Origin: Clostridia bacterium
Lineage (GTDB): Bacteria; Bacillota; Clostridia; UMGS1883
Length of the DNA stretch: 64,000 bases
Assembly (NCBI GenBank): GCA_017440585.1
Contig: JAFSGW010000098.1
Location: 5,640-69,639, forward strand
Reading direction: 5' to 3'
Shown: piece by piece, positions 43,278-52,802 of the stretch
How the letters are laid out: each line of letters begins with the position of its first letter
How positions within the stretch are numbered: the first letter of the stretch is position 1
Notes under the pieces: generated by a model
Databases searched by the model: none
Told to the model about the DNA's origin: nothing
Seen by the model: only the letters and a program-made list of their open reading frames with translations
Translations under genes and position numbers: made by a program

Positions 43278-44453
43278 ATGAACACTCTCAGAACACCTGC
43301 CGGTGTAAGCGACATTTACGGCAAGGACTGTATTCTGAAAGCACATACAACAGATGCCATAAAAAAGGTCTGTCACTCTTTCGGCTACAGTGAAATACAA
43401 ACTCCCGCCTTTGAATATCTGGAGGTTTTCGGGGACGATATGTCCATCCCCACAGATGAGGCTATAAAGTTTATCGACTCAAACGGCAAAATACTTGCCC
43501 TCCGCCCCGACTTTACAACCTCCATTTCCCGTGCTGTTGCCACACACTTTGCAGACTCACCCCTTCCCTTAAGGCTCTGGTACTCCGGCAACGTTTACCG
43601 CAGCGGTGAGGCATACAAAAGTGCCAAGAAGAGGGAATTTGCACAGGCAGGCGTTGAATTAATAGGTGTTAACACCCCCGAGGCTGATGCGGAGGTTATT
43701 GCACTCACAATAAACGCCCTTTCAGAGGCAGGTCTTGAAGATTTCCAGATAGAGCTTTCCCATTCCGACTTTTTGCAGGGCATTATGGAGGACTGCAGCC
43801 TTTCGGAGAAGGACTCTGAAGCACTCCGCTCTCTTATCGACAAAAAATTTGCCATCGGCATCGAGGAATTCTGTGCTTCTCATAATATAACGGGGACAAA
43901 CTATGAAATACTTACGGAAATTTCCCTTTTCTTCGGTGACGGCGAAGAGGTTTTGTCAAAATACAGAAGCATGACCTTAAACCCCGTTTCAAAAAATGCA
44001 GTAGATGACCTTTGCAGGGTTTATTCCATATTAAAGGCATATAATCTTGAAAAGTATATAACCGTGGACTTAGGTCAGGTAAGAAGCTTCCGTTACTATA
44101 CGGGGGTTATCTTCCGTGCCCTTACCACCTCCTCCGCCTTCCCCATCTGCGGTGGCGGACGCTACAACACCCTGGGCAGAAGATTTGATTTGGACCTTCC
44201 CGCAACGGGCGTTGCCTTCTGGATTGACCGCCTTGCCGATGCAATACTTCGTGCAAACAGCTCCCTTTCATTAAATAACTGCCCCGATGCAATCATATTT
44301 ACATCGGAAGAAAACCGTGCAGAAGCATATAAGCTGGCACAGTCCCTTCGCGAAGAAGGCAAAAGGGTCGTTTTAGACGTTACCGCACAAAGTGAAGAGG
44401 ACGCAAAAAAATCTGCCCGCGAGAGAAGCATAACAAACATTTACTTCGTATAG
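43278..44453 (+). CDS. hisZ: ATP phosphoribosyltransferase regulatory subunit (HisRS paralogue)
   Basis: 391 aa with a class-II aaRS-like core (GVSDIYG, LRPDFT, RLWYSGNVYR, GGGRYN). It is immediately upstream of a short-form hisG. Confidence 0.87.
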   Translation: MNTLRTPAGVSDIYGKDCILKAHTTDAIKKVCHSFGYSEIQTPAFEYLEVFGDDMSIPTDEAIKFIDSNGKILALRPDFTTSISRAVATHFADSPLPLRLWYSGNVYRSGEAYKSAKKREFAQAGVELIGVNTPEADAEVIALTINALSEAGLEDFQIELSHSDFLQGIMEDCSLSEKDSEALRSLIDKKFAIGIEEFCASHNITGTNYEILTEISLFFGDGEEVLSKYRSMTLNPVSKNAVDDLCRVYSILKAYNLEKYITVDLGQVRSFRYYTGVIFRALTTSSAFPICGGGRYNTLGRRFDLDLPATGVAFWIDRLADAILRANSSLSLNNCPDAIIFTSEENRAEAYKLAQSLREEGKRVVLDVTAQSEEDAKKSARERSITNIYFV

Positions 44454-44467
44454 AAAGAGGAAAAACC

Positions 44468-45103
44468 ATGAAATATCTTACAATTGCCCTGGCAAAGGGC
44501 CGTCTTGCAGAGCTCAGCGTTAAAATCCTTATGGATTTAGGCTACAACTGCAGCGAGGTTTTAGAAAAAACACGTAAGCTTATTTTCACAGATGAGGAAA
44601 ACAAGCTTAAATTTATCTTAGTTAAAGCAAGCGACGTTGCAACCTATGTTGAATACGGTGCGGCAGATATAGGCATTGTTGGCAGAGATACCATTTTAGA
44701 GGAAGGCAGAAATGTTTACGAAATGGTTGACTTAAAGTTCGGCAAATGCAGAATGTGCGTATGCGGTCCCCGTGAACTTAAGGGCAAACTGGGTGAGCAC
44801 GCCCCCTTAAGGGTTGCCTCCAAATACCCCAACATAGCCAAGGACTATTTCGACTCAAAGGACATGGGCATAGAGCTCATAAAACTGAACGGCTCTGTGG
44901 AGCTTGCTCCCCTCACAAATCTTTCCGACGTAATTGTGGACATTGTTGAAACGGGCAAAACCCTTTACGAAAACGGTCTCGACGTTTTAGAGGAAATATG
45001 CCCCTTAAGTGCCCGCATTATTGTAAACCGTGTAAGTGCAAAAACGGAAAGAGAACGTATAAGTAAAATAGTAAGTGCCATGAAAGCGAAGGTAAACGAA
45101 TAA
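44468..45103 (+). CDS. hisG: ATP phosphoribosyltransferase, short form
   Basis: 211 aa with the motifs LTIALAKGRL and DIVETGKTL. Confidence 0.93.
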   Translation: MKYLTIALAKGRLAELSVKILMDLGYNCSEVLEKTRKLIFTDEENKLKFILVKASDVATYVEYGAADIGIVGRDTILEEGRNVYEMVDLKFGKCRMCVCGPRELKGKLGEHAPLRVASKYPNIAKDYFDSKDMGIELIKLNGSVELAPLTNLSDVIVDIVETGKTLYENGLDVLEEICPLSARIIVNRVSAKTERERISKIVSAMKAKVNE

Positions 45104-45699
45104 TGATAGCTATAATCGACTACGGTGCAGGTAACCTTAAAAACGTGGCAAAGGCATTTGACTTTTTAGGTGTTGAAAACATCGTTACCTCCGATATAAA
45201 CGAAATTAGAAAGGCCGATAAAATTGTGCTTCCCGGGGTTGGTGCCTTTGGTGAAGGCATGGCAAACCTTACCAAACTCGGACTCGACGAGGTTTTAAGG
45301 AAAGAAGCCTTATCGGGAAAGCCTCTTTTAGGTATATGCCTTGGCATGCAGATGCTTTTTGAGGAAAGCGAAGAGTCGCCCGGAGTTAGCGGTTTAGGCA
45401 TACTTAAGGGCAAAATCCGCCGTCTGCCCAAGGTGGGTGACTTAAAAATCCCCCATATGGGCTGGAACGACCTTAACTGCAAGGGCAAGCTCTTTGAAGG
45501 TCTTTGTAACCCCTATGTTTACTTTGTTCATTCCTATTATTTAGATGCAGAAGACAAAGAGGTTGTTTCCGCCACAACAAACTACGGCATCACAATTGAG
45601 GTTGCAGTTGAAAGCACTAACGTGTTCGGCTTCCAGTTCCACCCGGAAAAGAGTAGCGAAGCAGGGCTTAAGATGCTTTCAAACTTTGCAAGTTTATAA
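45103..45699 (+). CDS. hisH: Imidazole glycerol phosphate synthase, glutamine amidotransferase subunit
   Basis: 198 aa with the motifs LPGVGAF, GICLGMQ and HMGWN/FQFHPEKS. Confidence 0.95.
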   Translation: MIAIIDYGAGNLKNVAKAFDFLGVENIVTSDINEIRKADKIVLPGVGAFGEGMANLTKLGLDEVLRKEALSGKPLLGICLGMQMLFEESEESPGVSGLGILKGKIRRLPKVGDLKIPHMGWNDLNCKGKLFEGLCNPYVYFVHSYYLDAEDKEVVSATTNYGITIEVAVESTNVFGFQFHPEKSSEAGLKMLSNFASL

Positions 45700-45711
45700 A
45701 GGAGAACACTT

Positions 45712-46470
45712 ATGTATGCTAAACGTATAATCCCTTGCCTTGACGTTAAGGACGGACGGGTTGTAAAGGGTGTAAATTTTGTAAATTTAATAGATGCAGG
45801 CGACCCCGTTGAGGCGGCAATAGCCTACGACAAAAAGGGTGCCGACGAGCTTGTGTTTTTAGACATTACCGCCACAAGTGACAACCGTGACACTGTGGAG
45901 GACATGGTAAGAAGGGTTGCCCAAAAGGTTTTCATTCCCTTCACTGTGGGTGGCGGCATAAAAACCGTTGAGGATTTCAGAAAGCTTCTTTTAGCAGGTG
46001 CCGATAAAATTTCCGTTAATTCCTCTGCCATAAAACGCCCCGAATTAATAACTGAAGCTGCAGAAAAATTCGGCAGTCAGTGTGTTGTAGTGGCAATCGA
46101 TGCAAAAAGGCGTGAGGATAATTCCGGTTGGGACGTGTACGTTGCCGGAGGCAGGATAAATACACACCTTGATGCGGTAGAGTGGGCAAAGAAGGCAGAA
46201 AGCTTGGGTGCAGGGGAAATACTTCTCACAAGCATGGACTGTGACGGCACAAAGGCAGGCTATGATCTGGATTTGACCCGCACCATTTCCGAAAGCGTTT
46301 CCATCCCCGTTATCGCATCGGGAGGAGCAGGCAATATGGAGCATTTTTATGATGCCTTCACCCTCGGCAAGGCAGATGCTGTCCTTGCGGCAAGCCTTTT
46401 CCACTTCGGTGAAATACAAATTGAGGACTTAAAGCAGTATTTGTCGACCAAAGGCATAAGTGTGCGATAA
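45712..46470 (+). CDS. hisF: Imidazole glycerol phosphate synthase, cyclase subunit
   Basis: 252 aa with the motifs [13 protein letters not shown] and ASGGAG. Confidence 0.96.
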   Translation: MYAKRIIPCLDVKDGRVVKGVNFVNLIDAGDPVEAAIAYDKKGADELVFLDITATSDNRDTVEDMVRRVAQKVFIPFTVGGGIKTVEDFRKLLLAGADKISVNSSAIKRPELITEAAEKFGSQCVVVAIDAKRREDNSGWDVYVAGGRINTHLDAVEWAKKAESLGAGEILLTSMDCDGTKAGYDLDLTRTISESVSIPVIASGGAGNMEHFYDAFTLGKADAVLAASLFHFGEIQIEDLKQYLSTKGISVR

Positions 46471-46506
46471 AAACCTTTACAATTCGGGAAATTTGTGTTA
46501 CAATTC

Positions 46507-46543
46507 AGGCTGAAGAGCAATGTGCTTTTCAGCCTTTGTTTTT
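46507..46543 (+). terminator. Rho-independent terminator after hisF
   Basis: Stem AGGCTGAAGAGCA / TGCTTTTCAGCCT followed by TTGTTTTT. Confidence 0.7.
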
Positions 46544-46580
46544 AATTTTAAATTCACATAAATAAGAGGAGGAAATTTAC

Positions 46581-48137
46581 ATGAACAGAATTTTTGTAAA
46601 CGAACCCGAACGTGACTTTTCCGTGGCTGAAGTGAGGGCAGAAATGGAAAAGGCAATCGCCATGGTTGAAAGCGAGCTTGGTAAGGATTACCCCCTTGTT
46701 ATCGGTGGCGAAAAGATTTTTACAGAAAAGAAAACAACATCCATTAACCCCTGCAAAAAGAGCCAGATTATAGGCTATGCTTCCAATGCATCAAAGGAGC
46801 TTGCCGACAAGGCAATAAGAGTTGCATACGACACATATGAGGAATGGAGACTTGTTCCCACCCGTGTTAAGTATGACTATATCATGCGTCTTATCGGTGT
46901 TCTTCAGAAGAGAAGATATGAAATTGCAGCATGGATGATACTTGAGACAGGCAAGAACTTCGGCGAAGCAGACGGTGAAATCTGCGAAGCTATCGACTTC
47001 TTCAATGCTTATGCTCAGGGTGCAGTTTATCTTGAAGAGCATCCCGTTCCCCTTGTTGAATCCAAGGTTGAAAACAACGTTAGTGAATACCGTCCCATCG
47101 GTGTAGGTCTTGTTATTCCTCCCTGGAACTTCCCCTTCTCCATTATGGCAGGTATGGTAATTAGTGCTGTTGTTACAGGTAACACAGTATGCATTAAGCC
47201 CGCAAGTGATGCTCCCATCACAACCTGCAAGTTCGTTGAAATGTGCGAAGAGGCAGGGTTACCCTCCGGTGTTATTAACCTTATCCCCGGCAGTGGCAGT
47301 GAAATCGGTGACTTTGTTGTTGACCACCCCTTAACACGCTTTATCAACTTCACGGGCAGTAAGGCAGTAGGCTTACGCATTGCAGAGCGTGCCGCAAAGG
47401 TTAACGAAGGTCAGAAGTGGATTAAGAGAATTATTGCCGAAATGGGCGGTAAGAATGCTATCGTGGTTGACTCCTCCGCTGATTTAAGATGGGCAGCAAA
47501 GCAGGCAGCCGCTGCAGCCTTCACCTTCCAGGGTCAGAAGTGCTCCGCATGCAGCCGTGCAATTGTACTTTCCGATGTATATGATGAATTCCTTACATAC
47601 TTCAAGGAAGAGGCAGAAAGCTACAAGCAGGGTGCAGGCAAGGACAACATGGATATCTGTGCCGTTATCAATAAGGCATCCTTCGACAAGATTGCTTCCA
47701 TGATTGAGCAGGGCAAAACAGAGGGCAGGCTTATTACAGGCGGTACATACGATGATTCCGAAGGCTTCTACGTAAAGCCCACAATCATTGCCGATGTTGA
47801 CCCTCGTACAAGCGTTATCGCAAATCAGGAAATTTTCGGACCCGTTGTTGCAGTTATGAAGGTTGACACCTTTGAAGATGCTATCGACCTTGCAAACGCT
47901 ACAGAATACGGTCTTACAGGCTCTGTATTCAGTGCTAACCGTGAAAACATCGAATATGCAAAGGATAACTTCTTTGTAGGTAACCTTTACATTAACCGCA
48001 AGTGTACAGGTGCAGTTGTTTACAACCACCCCTTCGGCGGCTACAACATGAGCGGTACAACGGCAAAGACCGGTACTGTTGACTATCTCTACAACTTTGT
48101 ACAGCTTAAGTCAATATCCGAGAATGTAGTATACTGA
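46581..48137 (+). CDS. pruA: L-glutamate gamma-semialdehyde (1-pyrroline-5-carboxylate) dehydrogenase, ALDH superfamily
   Basis: 518 aa with the ALDH catalytic blocks EMGGKN and FTFQGQKCSACSR. Its size and N-terminal pattern resemble RocA/PruA. It has its own RBS AGGAGG. Confidence 0.8.
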   Translation: MNRIFVNEPERDFSVAEVRAEMEKAIAMVESELGKDYPLVIGGEKIFTEKKTTSINPCKKSQIIGYASNASKELADKAIRVAYDTYEEWRLVPTRVKYDYIMRLIGVLQKRRYEIAAWMILETGKNFGEADGEICEAIDFFNAYAQGAVYLEEHPVPLVESKVENNVSEYRPIGVGLVIPPWNFPFSIMAGMVISAVVTGNTVCIKPASDAPITTCKFVEMCEEAGLPSGVINLIPGSGSEIGDFVVDHPLTRFINFTGSKAVGLRIAERAAKVNEGQKWIKRIIAEMGGKNAIVVDSSADLRWAAKQAAAAAFTFQGQKCSACSRAIVLSDVYDEFLTYFKEEAESYKQGAGKDNMDICAVINKASFDKIASMIEQGKTEGRLITGGTYDDSEGFYVKPTIIADVDPRTSVIANQEIFGPVVAVMKVDTFEDAIDLANATEYGLTGSVFSANRENIEYAKDNFFVGNLYINRKCTGAVVYNHPFGGYNMSGTTAKTGTVDYLYNFVQLKSISENVVY

Positions 48138-48146
48138 TTCAAATAT

Positions 48147-48184
48147 AAAAAATGAGGAAACCCGTTTGGGTTTCCTCATTTTTT
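48147..48184. terminator. Bidirectional terminator
   Basis: AAAAAATGAGGAAACCC-GTTT-GGGTTTCCTCATTTTTT, lying between convergent pruA and nadE. Confidence 0.85.
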
Positions 48185-48914
48185 ATATCTCAGGTTTAAA
48201 GCAGGGCATAAATTCAAGCTTGAATTTATTTATTCTGTGTAAACGGTCAATCTTTGCCTTCTTTTCCTCATCCTCAATAATGCCCTCACGGATATAGCGG
48301 TCAAGCTCGGCATATGTAAAGCCTAAATTGTCCTCGTCTGTTTTACCGCATAAGCCGTCGATGGGTGTTTTTTCAACCAAATCGGAAGGCAAGCCCAAAA
48401 GATGGCCTATCTCCTTAACTTCTCTTACCGTTAAGAAGGAAAGAGGCGAAAAGTCCCCTGCAGCATCACCGTAGCGTGTAGAATAGCCTACCCAGTCCTC
48501 GCTTAAGTTACAGGTGTTGCACACTCTGCCGTTCATACTCTGGCTCACGGCATAAACAACGCTCATTCTTATTCTGGGAGGCAGGTTTGTTTTCGACTGC
48601 ACACTGAGCTCTAAATCCTCGGGGATTGCTCCTAAAACACCGTCAACCGCATCCTTTATATTTATAACATAACGCTTTATGCCTAAATGGTCGCACAATT
48701 TGTGGGAGCAGTCAATGTCAAACTGGTCACCCTGGGGCATCAGTACACCGATAACTCTGTCCTTTCCCAGAGCTTCAACACAAAGTGCCGCCGCAACGGA
48801 GGAATCCTTACCCCCCGAAATCCCTAAAACCGCATTGCAACCGGGACCGTTTTCTTCAAAAAACTTTCTTATCCATTCAACACATTCATTTTTAACCTTT
48901 ACCGCATCAAACAT
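48183..48914 (-). CDS. nadE: NH3-dependent NAD+ synthetase
   Basis: 243 aa with the PP-loop GISGGKDSS. Confidence 0.92.
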   Translation of the reverse strand: MFDAVKVKNECVEWIRKFFEENGPGCNAVLGISGGKDSSVAAALCVEALGKDRVIGVLMPQGDQFDIDCSHKLCDHLGIKRYVINIKDAVDGVLGAIPEDLELSVQSKTNLPPRIRMSVVYAVSQSMNGRVCNTCNLSEDWVGYSTRYGDAAGDFSPLSFLTVREVKEIGHLLGLPSDLVEKTPIDGLCGKTDEDNLGFTYAELDRYIREGIIEDEEKKAKIDRLHRINKFKLEFMPCFKPEI

Positions 48915-48953
48915 GACTTCATCTCCTTTTAGAGTATTTTATCATGTGTATGC

Positions 48954-50732
48954 TTATTTTTCAAGGCTTCCCTCACAAATTCCGCAAAGCCTGTATTCCG
49001 ACAGATTAAAGCTTCGCCAATTGTTATCCTTTGCCCTTATCAGCTCATATTCCTCCTTCAGCCAGTATTTTGCCTTAATGCGATAAGTGGTATCCGACAG
49101 ATATACTCTCTCGATCTCCTCTGCCGCATCTATAGATAAGGTCCAGACATAATCAAGCTCTTCCCTTTCACCTGCAAAATATCTGTCAACCTGGTTTTTT
49201 GCAACAACGGCATCCATGGGCACAACATTTAAAACCATGTAATATAAAAGTGCCAATGCTCCATAAACAAGCACAATATTGAATTTTGGTTTTGCAATGT
49301 AGAAGAAGGTTAATATAAGCCCTGCAAATTCAAATGCCAGAAAGCCGAAAACTAAAAAGCGGAGCCTTGTCAAGCCGTCGGTTTCATTATACATCCACAT
49401 TCTGTAAAAGCTGGATGCCAGTAAAACCACCGTCACCGCACAAAGGTACATATTCATCACCTTTACAAGGAGTGCCTTTTTGCCCGAAACGTGCTCCGTA
49501 AGCTTTGTAACAACCAGGATTGCCGCAAGGTTTACACCCGTTAAGCCCAAAAGCTCAAAGAAGCCACGCCTTGCATACTCTGTCACGTTTAACCCGTAGG
49601 GAAGCTCACTTCCCGAAAAGAGATACCGAAACTGAATAATAACAAAAACAGTGTACACAGCCAAAGCTGAAAGCATAACGCAGGTGATTATGAATAAATC
49701 GCCTTTTATTTTAACACCCTGCCTTTCAACCTCGTAATCAACATAGGCGTTATATGCTATGCCGAAAAGATACAGCCCCACCACTATACCGAAAATAATT
49801 TTCCAGAGTGTGTCAGCTGTGAAAATATCGCTGAAGCCTTCGAGGAAATTTTCCACGCCATAGGAAAATACCATATCGGCACTTGAAAGCACTGCACTGA
49901 GCACCCCAACCACCCCAAGGCTTATCACAAGGGCAATTGCACCACGCTTCACATAGCCCTTCTTGCCCTCGGTCATATCAAAAAACCACTCTGCAGGCTT
50001 TATGAAGGTGCCAAGGGGTGCGAAAAACCTCTCGAAGGTTTCCGCAAAAAACCTCATTGTTATATCCTTTATGTTAACGGGCACAAACATCATGGCGTAG
50101 AGGAAAATGCACACTATAAAATTGGGCACACGCCATATTTCGTTGGCACTTATAAATGAATTGAGGCACAACACCCCAATGGGTATAAGCCATAAAAGCC
50201 TTCTTTTTTCAGGCACTATAAAGTAAAGCATTATAAGCTGTAAAAGTGCAAACACAGCTACGCTCACCCCTGCCCGCTCGTAAAGCACTAAAGCTATAAA
50301 GCTTATTGCCGAAACAAGTGCATATATAAGCATTTTAAGCCTTAAGCCTTTTGTAAAAACCTCACATTCTTCCATTATGTTAAACCTCCGTAATTTAAAT
50401 TGATGACCTCTTGTTAAAAGGGCTGCTGCCAGGGCAACCATTGTGCCGAAAAAACCGCCCACGTAAATGTTTAAATTCGGGAATATAGCCCATGCCAGCA
50501 CTATCTGAAAAAAGAACATGGAAAACAAGCCTGCAAATCCACATGCAAAAATTTCGCCTTTTTCCTCTCTCTTCAGAAAGTATATCCCTGCCAAAAGAAA
50601 CACCACAAAGCCTGCAGCCATTTCAAAGGCTTCTTTAAAGACAATTTGGCTTAACAAACCATTCAGCACAACAAGGCTGAAGCCGTATAATACACCTCTT
50701 TTGAAGATTGTCACAAAATCATCCCCTTTCAA
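48954..50732 (-). CDS. DUF4153/DUF4173-family polytopic membrane protein
   Basis: 592 aa with more than 12 TM segments. The hallmark-like motif EYARRGFFEL is present, and the C-terminal region is soluble. Confidence 0.65.
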   Translation of the reverse strand: MKGDDFVTIFKRGVLYGFSLVVLNGLLSQIVFKEAFEMAAGFVVFLLAGIYFLKREEKGEIFACGFAGLFSMFFFQIVLAWAIFPNLNIYVGGFFGTMVALAAALLTRGHQFKLRRFNIMEECEVFTKGLRLKMLIYALVSAISFIALVLYERAGVSVAVFALLQLIMLYFIVPEKRRLLWLIPIGVLCLNSFISANEIWRVPNFIVCIFLYAMMFVPVNIKDITMRFFAETFERFFAPLGTFIKPAEWFFDMTEGKKGYVKRGAIALVISLGVVGVLSAVLSSADMVFSYGVENFLEGFSDIFTADTLWKIIFGIVVGLYLFGIAYNAYVDYEVERQGVKIKGDLFIITCVMLSALAVYTVFVIIQFRYLFSGSELPYGLNVTEYARRGFFELLGLTGVNLAAILVVTKLTEHVSGKKALLVKVMNMYLCAVTVVLLASSFYRMWMYNETDGLTRLRFLVFGFLAFEFAGLILTFFYIAKPKFNIVLVYGALALLYYMVLNVVPMDAVVAKNQVDRYFAGEREELDYVWTLSIDAAEEIERVYLSDTTYRIKAKYWLKEEYELIRAKDNNWRSFNLSEYRLCGICEGSLEK

Positions 50733-50806
50733 GAAGTAATATACACCCTATCTCTCCGTTTGTCAACAACTTTTTATCGTTTATCAATAATTCTTTAACG
50801 AAAAAC

Positions 50807-50855
50807 AACAGTTATTTACCAAATGGGGACAGTCCCCATTTGGTAAATAACTGTT
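50807..50855. terminator. Perfect 23-bp-stem hairpin, terminator of the DUF2975-HTH operon
   Basis: AACAGTTATTTACCAAATGGGGA-CAG-TCCCCATTTGGTAAATAACTGTT. The minus strand continues with GTTTTTCG. It begins 3 nt after the HTH gene stop. Confidence 0.75.
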
Positions 50856-50857
50856 TA

Positions 50858-51061
50858 CTACTCAATAAATTCGATTATATCTCCCGGCTGGCAGTCCAGC
50901 ACCCTGCATATTTCCTCCAGAGTGGAAAACCTGATTGCCTTTGCCTTGTTATTTTTAAGGATAGATAAGTTTGCAGGCGTAATGCCTATTTTTTCGCTTA
51001 ATTCCATAAGACCTATTTTCCGCTTTGCCATCATAACATCCAGATTTATAATAATGGGCAT
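50858..51061 (-). CDS. XRE-family helix-turn-helix regulator (YozG-like)
   Basis: 67 aa from the ATG at 51061 (RBS GAGGTG). The HTH is MELSEKIGITPANLSILKNNK. It shows the typical pairing with an upstream DUF2975 membrane protein. Confidence 0.85.
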   Translation of the reverse strand: MPIIINLDVMMAKRKIGLMELSEKIGITPANLSILKNNKAKAIRFSTLEEICRVLDCQPGDIIEFIE

Positions 51062-51071
51062 TTTTCTCACC

Positions 51072-51533
51072 TCATATGGTTAAATCGTTCTCTGTTTTGT
51101 AATTTATAGCCTGCTTGAATAAGTCCTTCAAGGTAAGGCAGAAAAGGCAGGCAATTGCAAAAATAAGCGCAATTGTCACGCTTCCCACCGTAAAGGCAAG
51201 GATGGCCTGAAGGGTAAAAATTACACAGATAAGTGCCGCCGCTACAGCCATACGCCTGAAGGCGGCAACATTTTCATCCACAAAGGGGCTACCGTCAAGT
51301 AATGTTTTGTACATTCCCTTAATATTAAAAAGTATGTACACCGCACAAATTCCTGCCAATGTAAGGGTTACTCTGTAAACCGACTCGCTCTGAGGAGAAT
51401 AGGAAAAATACTTTATAAGGCTTCCTATCACAAAGGGCACAGCTATTGTGCACACAATGCCGCAGTAAAACATAATTTCAATAACCCATTTTGCTATATG
51501 ATGAACAATGCTTTTTTCGTACATAAAATCCAC
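51072..51533 (-). CDS. DUF2975-family membrane protein
   Basis: 153 aa with 4 TM segments, adjacent to the YozG-like HTH with a 10-nt gap. Confidence 0.65.
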   Translation of the reverse strand: MDFMYEKSIVHHIAKWVIEIMFYCGIVCTIAVPFVIGSLIKYFSYSPQSESVYRVTLTLAGICAVYILFNIKGMYKTLLDGSPFVDENVAAFRRMAVAAALICVIFTLQAILAFTVGSVTIALIFAIACLFCLTLKDLFKQAINYKTENDLTI

Positions 51534-51603
51534 AACCTTTCCCCTTTATTGTACCCTCAGCAATAGCTCCTTGTCAATCACATTTTATTGACAAACGATA
51601 AAT

Positions 51604-52275
51604 TTATATAATCCCGAACAGCATAAAGCCGATTGTGTTAATTGCAAAGTTTGCAAACATATGAACAAGCCATGAAGTATAAATGTTATCGCTCTTACAG
51701 TCAAGATAATTAAAAATTAAACCGCCGAGGAAAAGTCCAAAAAGTGCAATTGCAAACACCCATATGCTGAACCAGCCCGTCATCATGGCAATGTGGTAGA
51801 TGGCAAATATGAATGCACTGAATATGTATGCTACCTTTCCCGATGAATACTTTTTGAGTGTTAAAAAGGAAAAGCCACGGAAGAAAAATTCCTCCAAAAG
51901 GGAATTTACAAAGGATATGTAGATTGCCACAAAAACGAAATTGTTTTTGTCTACACCTATGTTACCCGTAAGTGCCCCCGTTACGGCAGAAAAGTCGAAC
52001 ACATCCTTCAAAAGAAGGTATGCACCAAGTATGAGCACAAAAAGGGGCACGCATAAGCTAAATGCCAGTACCATTCCTTTTTTGTTGGGTTTAAAAAGGC
52101 TTTTTATGTCTACATCCTTATTGCAAAATGCAAATATGGCGGGCAAAAGAAGAAAGAGTGCCACCTTGCAGGCAGATTTTATCCAATACACGGGCTGAAT
52201 TACCGCATCTATAACGCCCATTATGCCGCAGCATAAAACTGCAACGCCAATTATTATCCATCCTTGCTTTTTCAT
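51604..52275 (-). CDS. CPBP-family intramembrane glutamic endopeptidase (CAAX/Abi type)
   Basis: 223 aa with the motifs EEFFFRGF, FAIYH and HMFANF. Confidence 0.85.
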   Translation of the reverse strand: MKKQGWIIIGVAVLCCGIMGVIDAVIQPVYWIKSACKVALFLLLPAIFAFCNKDVDIKSLFKPNKKGMVLAFSLCVPLFVLILGAYLLLKDVFDFSAVTGALTGNIGVDKNNFVFVAIYISFVNSLLEEFFFRGFSFLTLKKYSSGKVAYIFSAFIFAIYHIAMMTGWFSIWVFAIALFGLFLGGLIFNYLDCKSDNIYTSWLVHMFANFAINTIGFMLFGII

Positions 52276-52292
52276 TTCTATCTCTCCATATC

Positions 52293-52321
52293 AAAAAGGA
52301 TTTTGCCTTGCAAAATCCTTT
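52293..52321 (-). terminator. Rho-independent terminator
   Basis: Stem AAAGGATTTTG / CAAAATCCTTT. The minus strand is followed by a T-run. Confidence 0.7.
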
Positions 52322-52339
52322 CCTTAATTGCTAATTAAA

Positions 52340-52741
52340 TCAGTGGTGGCAATGATGCTCCCCACAGCCGTGCTCACCGCAGGTATGACCTTCGCCGTGG
52401 TGATGGTCGTGATGATTACAGTTAGCCTCTGCATTCTTATCAAGGTTACCTGCAAGAAGGTTTTCAACAGCCTCGTCGCAGTCACCGCTGTTTCCTGCAT
52501 AAATTTCGATACCTACCATGTTAAGAGCGTTTACTGCACCGCCACCGATGCCGCCGCAGATAAGAACGTCAACGCCTGCCTCTAAAAGCATACCTGCCAG
52601 AGCACCGTGACCTGAGCCGTTAGTGTCAACAACTTCGCTCTTTACCACTTCGCCGTCCTTAACGTCGTACACCTTGAATGCACCTGTGTGTCCAAAGTGC
52701 TGAAAAATCTGTCCTGCTTCATAAGTTACTGCAATTTTCAT
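52340..52741 (-). CDS. NifB/NifX-family (dinitrogenase FeMo-cofactor-binding fold) protein with a His/Cys-rich C-terminal tail
   Basis: 133 aa from the ATG at 52741 (RBS AAAGGAAG). It begins MKIAVTYEAGQIFQHFGHT and contains the block VLICGGIGGGA. The tail is CNHHDHHHGEGHTCGEHGCGEHHCHH. Confidence 0.78.
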   Translation of the reverse strand: MKIAVTYEAGQIFQHFGHTGAFKVYDVKDGEVVKSEVVDTNGSGHGALAGMLLEAGVDVLICGGIGGGAVNALNMVGIEIYAGNSGDCDEAVENLLAGNLDKNAEANCNHHDHHHGEGHTCGEHGCGEHHCHH

Positions 52742-52802
52742 TTTTATATACTTCCTTTCAACTAAAATCGGCACCCTTTAAGATGCCGATATGTTTTCAT
52801 TT

